Assembly: GCA_964588235.1 (NCBI GenBank) | Contig: CAZPOZ010000001.1 | Span: 1-50,907, forward strand | Direction: 5' to 3' | Length of the DNA stretch: 50,907 nt | DNA from: an uncultured Planctomycetales bacterium | GTDB lineage: Bacteria > Planctomycetota > PLA2 > JAEUHO01 | Shown here: one piece after another, positions 49,276 to 50,907 of the stretch | Layout: every line of letters starts with the position of its first letter | Numbering within the stretch: the first letter of the stretch is position 1 | Notes under the pieces: model-generated | What the model was told of the DNA's origin: nothing | Seen by the model: the letters and a program-made list of their open reading frames with translations, nothing else | Database searches by the model: none | Translations under genes and position numbers: made by a program

Positions 49276-50058
49276 CTAGCGGCCGAGCCTCCGTCGCAGC
49301 TCCGCAGGCGTGTACGGCGGGCTCCGCCGGTGGAGGGCCGCATGGCAGTTCGGGCACACCGGGCGCAGGTCCCTCACGGGATCGACGCGACGGGCCCGAC
49401 GCCCCGTCGAGAGCGGCACCAGGTGATGGACGTGGATCAGGCCCTTGAACTCCGTCCCGTAGGCGCGCTCGAAGGTCATGCGGCAGACGCAGCACGCGGG
49501 ACCGTGGTGGGCGAGGCAGGCCGCCTTCGCGCGGGGGCTGCGCTCGCGGGCATCGACGGTGATCCGGCGGACCTGCCCCTCGCTGTACGGGCGGCTCGGG
49601 ACGACCTCGTCGGGCGACAGGGGGGCAGCCGAGACCCGGGCGTCCCACACGGCCTCCAGCCTCGGGCAGAGCACGGGGTCGAGGCGGACGCCCGAGCGGC
49701 GCGTCCTCCAGACCGCGGCCCGCAGCGGGCCCCGGTCGAGCTCGTCGCGTCCGATGAGGGGTTCTCCCGAGAGGTGCTCCCAGCGGACGCCGACGAACGG
49801 GGCCGTCCGGCCCGGGTCCGCTCGGGGGCGGGTCGGCCTCGGCTCCCGGGTGACGCGGCCCGCACCGACCAGGCCGCCGTCCCGGGGGCCCTGCCGGAGC
49901 AGGAAGACGCGGCTCCCTCGCGGCATCTGCGTCGTCGTCCCGCAGCTCCAGGCGCGGTCCACGAAGCCCCTGCGTCGGAGGGCCTCGACGTCCCGCTCCA
50001 GCGCGCGCAGGCTCCATCGGCCCCGGGCGGGGTTCCAGGTCAGCAGGAAGGTGTCCAT
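49276..50058 (-). CDS. McrA-type HNH endonuclease with ~170-aa unassigned N-terminal domain
   Basis: 260-aa ORF. The C-terminus CCVCRMTFERAYGTEFKGLIHVHHLVPLSTGRRARRVDPVRDLRPVCPNCHAALH matches the McrA-style CxxC...HH...CxxCH HNH core. The N-terminus is MDTFLLTWNPARGRWS... Confidence 0.85.
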   Translation of the reverse strand: MDTFLLTWNPARGRWSLRALERDVEALRRRGFVDRAWSCGTTTQMPRGSRVFLLRQGPRDGGLVGAGRVTREPRPTRPRADPGRTAPFVGVRWEHLSGEPLIGRDELDRGPLRAAVWRTRRSGVRLDPVLCPRLEAVWDARVSAAPLSPDEVVPSRPYSEGQVRRITVDARERSPRAKAACLAHHGPACCVCRMTFERAYGTEFKGLIHVHHLVPLSTGRRARRVDPVRDLRPVCPNCHAALHRRSPPYTPAELRRRLGR

Positions 50059-50088
50059 GGGCGCGAGGCTACGCCGACCGCACGACCG

Positions 50089-50781
50089 TCAACGGGTCGG
50101 CAGGCGCTGGGTGAACTCCTCCACGGTGGCGGCCTTCGCCAGCGCGTCGGCGATGCCCCGCGAGCGAGCCAGGCTGGCCCGGCGCTCGGCGATGGCCTCC
50201 GGGCCCGCGCCGAAGGAGCCCCCAGACGTGAAGGCCCAGCCGTCGGCCCGCTTCACCAGGTGCCACTGGTTCTTGATGAACCAGTTGAACTGCGCCCGAT
50301 CGCCCGAGACGGTGAGCCCGTCGCCGCGCTCGTCGGCGCCCACCTCGCTGGGCGGCTGCCAGGCTCCCGCCTCCAGCGTGCGGTTCTGATGGAGGAATTC
50401 CATGCTCGTGTCCGTGCCGGGGAGGCTGCGGTCCCATGCCGGCTGACCGAACTTCGCCACGAAGTCCGTCCGCAGCCGCGCCCAGACCTGCGCCTCCTCC
50501 GCCACGAGGCTCCACCACTCGATGGTCGTCTCGGCCGCAGCCTCCTCGCGATCCACGAGCGCCGCGACCGCCGCACGGTCGCCCGTCCACAGCGCCTCGC
50601 GGAACGAGGCGAGCAGGGCGAGCGGCGTGTCGCGCCGCGCCGGCCGCCGGGCCGGGGCCGCGCCCTGCGTGGGTGACGCCTCCGCCGCGGGGGCGGGCGC
50701 GGCCGGCTCGCCGCCGCAGCCCGCCAGCCCGGCGGCGAGGAGGAGGAGCAGGGGGAGCCGACGCCCGTTCGCGTGCTGCAT
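50089..50781 (-). CDS. Hypothetical lipoprotein
   Basis: 230-aa ORF. Lipobox LLLLAAGLAGC. The composition is protein-like (WWSLVAEEAQVWARLRTDFVAKFGQPAWD, NWFIKNQWHLVKRADGWAF) with no known domain. It ends 30 nt upstream of the HNH gene. Confidence 0.7.
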   Translation of the reverse strand: MQHANGRRLPLLLLLAAGLAGCGGEPAAPAPAAEASPTQGAAPARRPARRDTPLALLASFREALWTGDRAAVAALVDREEAAAETTIEWWSLVAEEAQVWARLRTDFVAKFGQPAWDRSLPGTDTSMEFLHQNRTLEAGAWQPPSEVGADERGDGLTVSGDRAQFNWFIKNQWHLVKRADGWAFTSGGSFGAGPEAIAERRASLARSRGIADALAKAATVEEFTQRLPTR

Positions 50782-50907
50782 GGGGGATCTCCAGCGGCGA
50801 TGCTACGCCACCAGCAGCACGCAATCGGGGGGCCGACCCCCTCAGGGCCAACGCCACCAAGTTAGGGGTAGGGCCCTTCGGAGGGCGAGACCTCTCTTGC
50901 GGAAGGG

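Noticed and set aside
1-50907. Search by eye for CRISPR arrays, tRNA/rRNA genes, IS elements, integrases, prophage genes and toxin-antitoxin pairs.
   Set aside because: I found no regularly spaced direct repeats, no tRNA-like T-arm (GGTTCGAATCC-type) motifs in the intergenic gaps, and no transposase, integrase or capsid-like translations. Absence by eye is not proof; tRNAscan, Infernal and ISfinder would settle it.

Overview
Very GC-rich bacterial chromosomal window. Spot counts of 60-nt lines give about 70-75% G+C over most of it. The gene content (many Ser/Thr kinases, ECF sigma factors, TPR and FG-GAP proteins, lipoproteins) resembles Myxococcota or Planctomycetota genomes. I call 36 protein-coding genes. 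I found no rRNA or tRNA, no CRISPR array, and no recognisable transposase, integrase or phage genes. Most very long ORFs in the six-frame track are Arg/Pro/Gly/Ala-rich off-frame or antisense artefacts of the GC content; real genes were picked by catalytic motifs and protein-like composition, and starts were trimmed to in-frame ATG/GTG codons with RBS or signal peptides. Gene order, left to right: (1) 1-4661, minus strand: a Wsp-type chemosensory operon (MCP, CheW, CheR-TPR, CheW, CheA truncated by the window edge). (2) 4829-8010: a lower-GC pair, an exported clostripain-like C11 peptidase plus an orphan duplicated-domain lipoprotein. (3) 8165-14220: an exported TPR-CHAT peptidase, a PEGA Ser/Thr kinase and an ECF sigma factor, all co-directional. 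(4) 14278-16925: two secreted hydrolases. (5) 16983-19766: an orphan helical protein with a C-terminal 4-Cys module, and an AlkC-like DNA alkylation repair gene. (6) 19858-26180: a five-gene copper operon (triple YHS/TRASH periplasmic protein, TolC-like OMP, multicopper oxidase, CorE-like Cys-rich ECF sigma, His-rich P1B ATPase). (7) 26239-32621: an ECF43-like sigma, a TPR Ser/Thr kinase and a lipase-like/FG-GAP lipoprotein. (8) 32674-38330: a tight co-directional string of archease, RtcB, SWIM-SNF2 helicase and HNH nuclease. (9) 38399-46607: flavin reductase, then envelope proteins (beta-barrel OMP, IPT/TIG-BNR lipoprotein, beta-sandwich repeat protein, TPR protein). (10) 46832-50781: a DJ-1/HxlR divergent pair, a McrA-type HNH nuclease and lipoproteins. 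Best candidates for something undescribed: (i) the archease-RtcB-SWIM/SNF2-HNH four-gene string, a possible nucleic-acid repair or conflict module; (ii) the ECF / kinase / exported CHAT / orphan lipoprotein / exported C11 string, which has two caspase-fold peptidases outside the cytoplasm; (iii) the two anti-sigma-less ECF-kinase pairs. All functional links are inferred from motifs and gene order. No database search, structure prediction or statistics could be run here.
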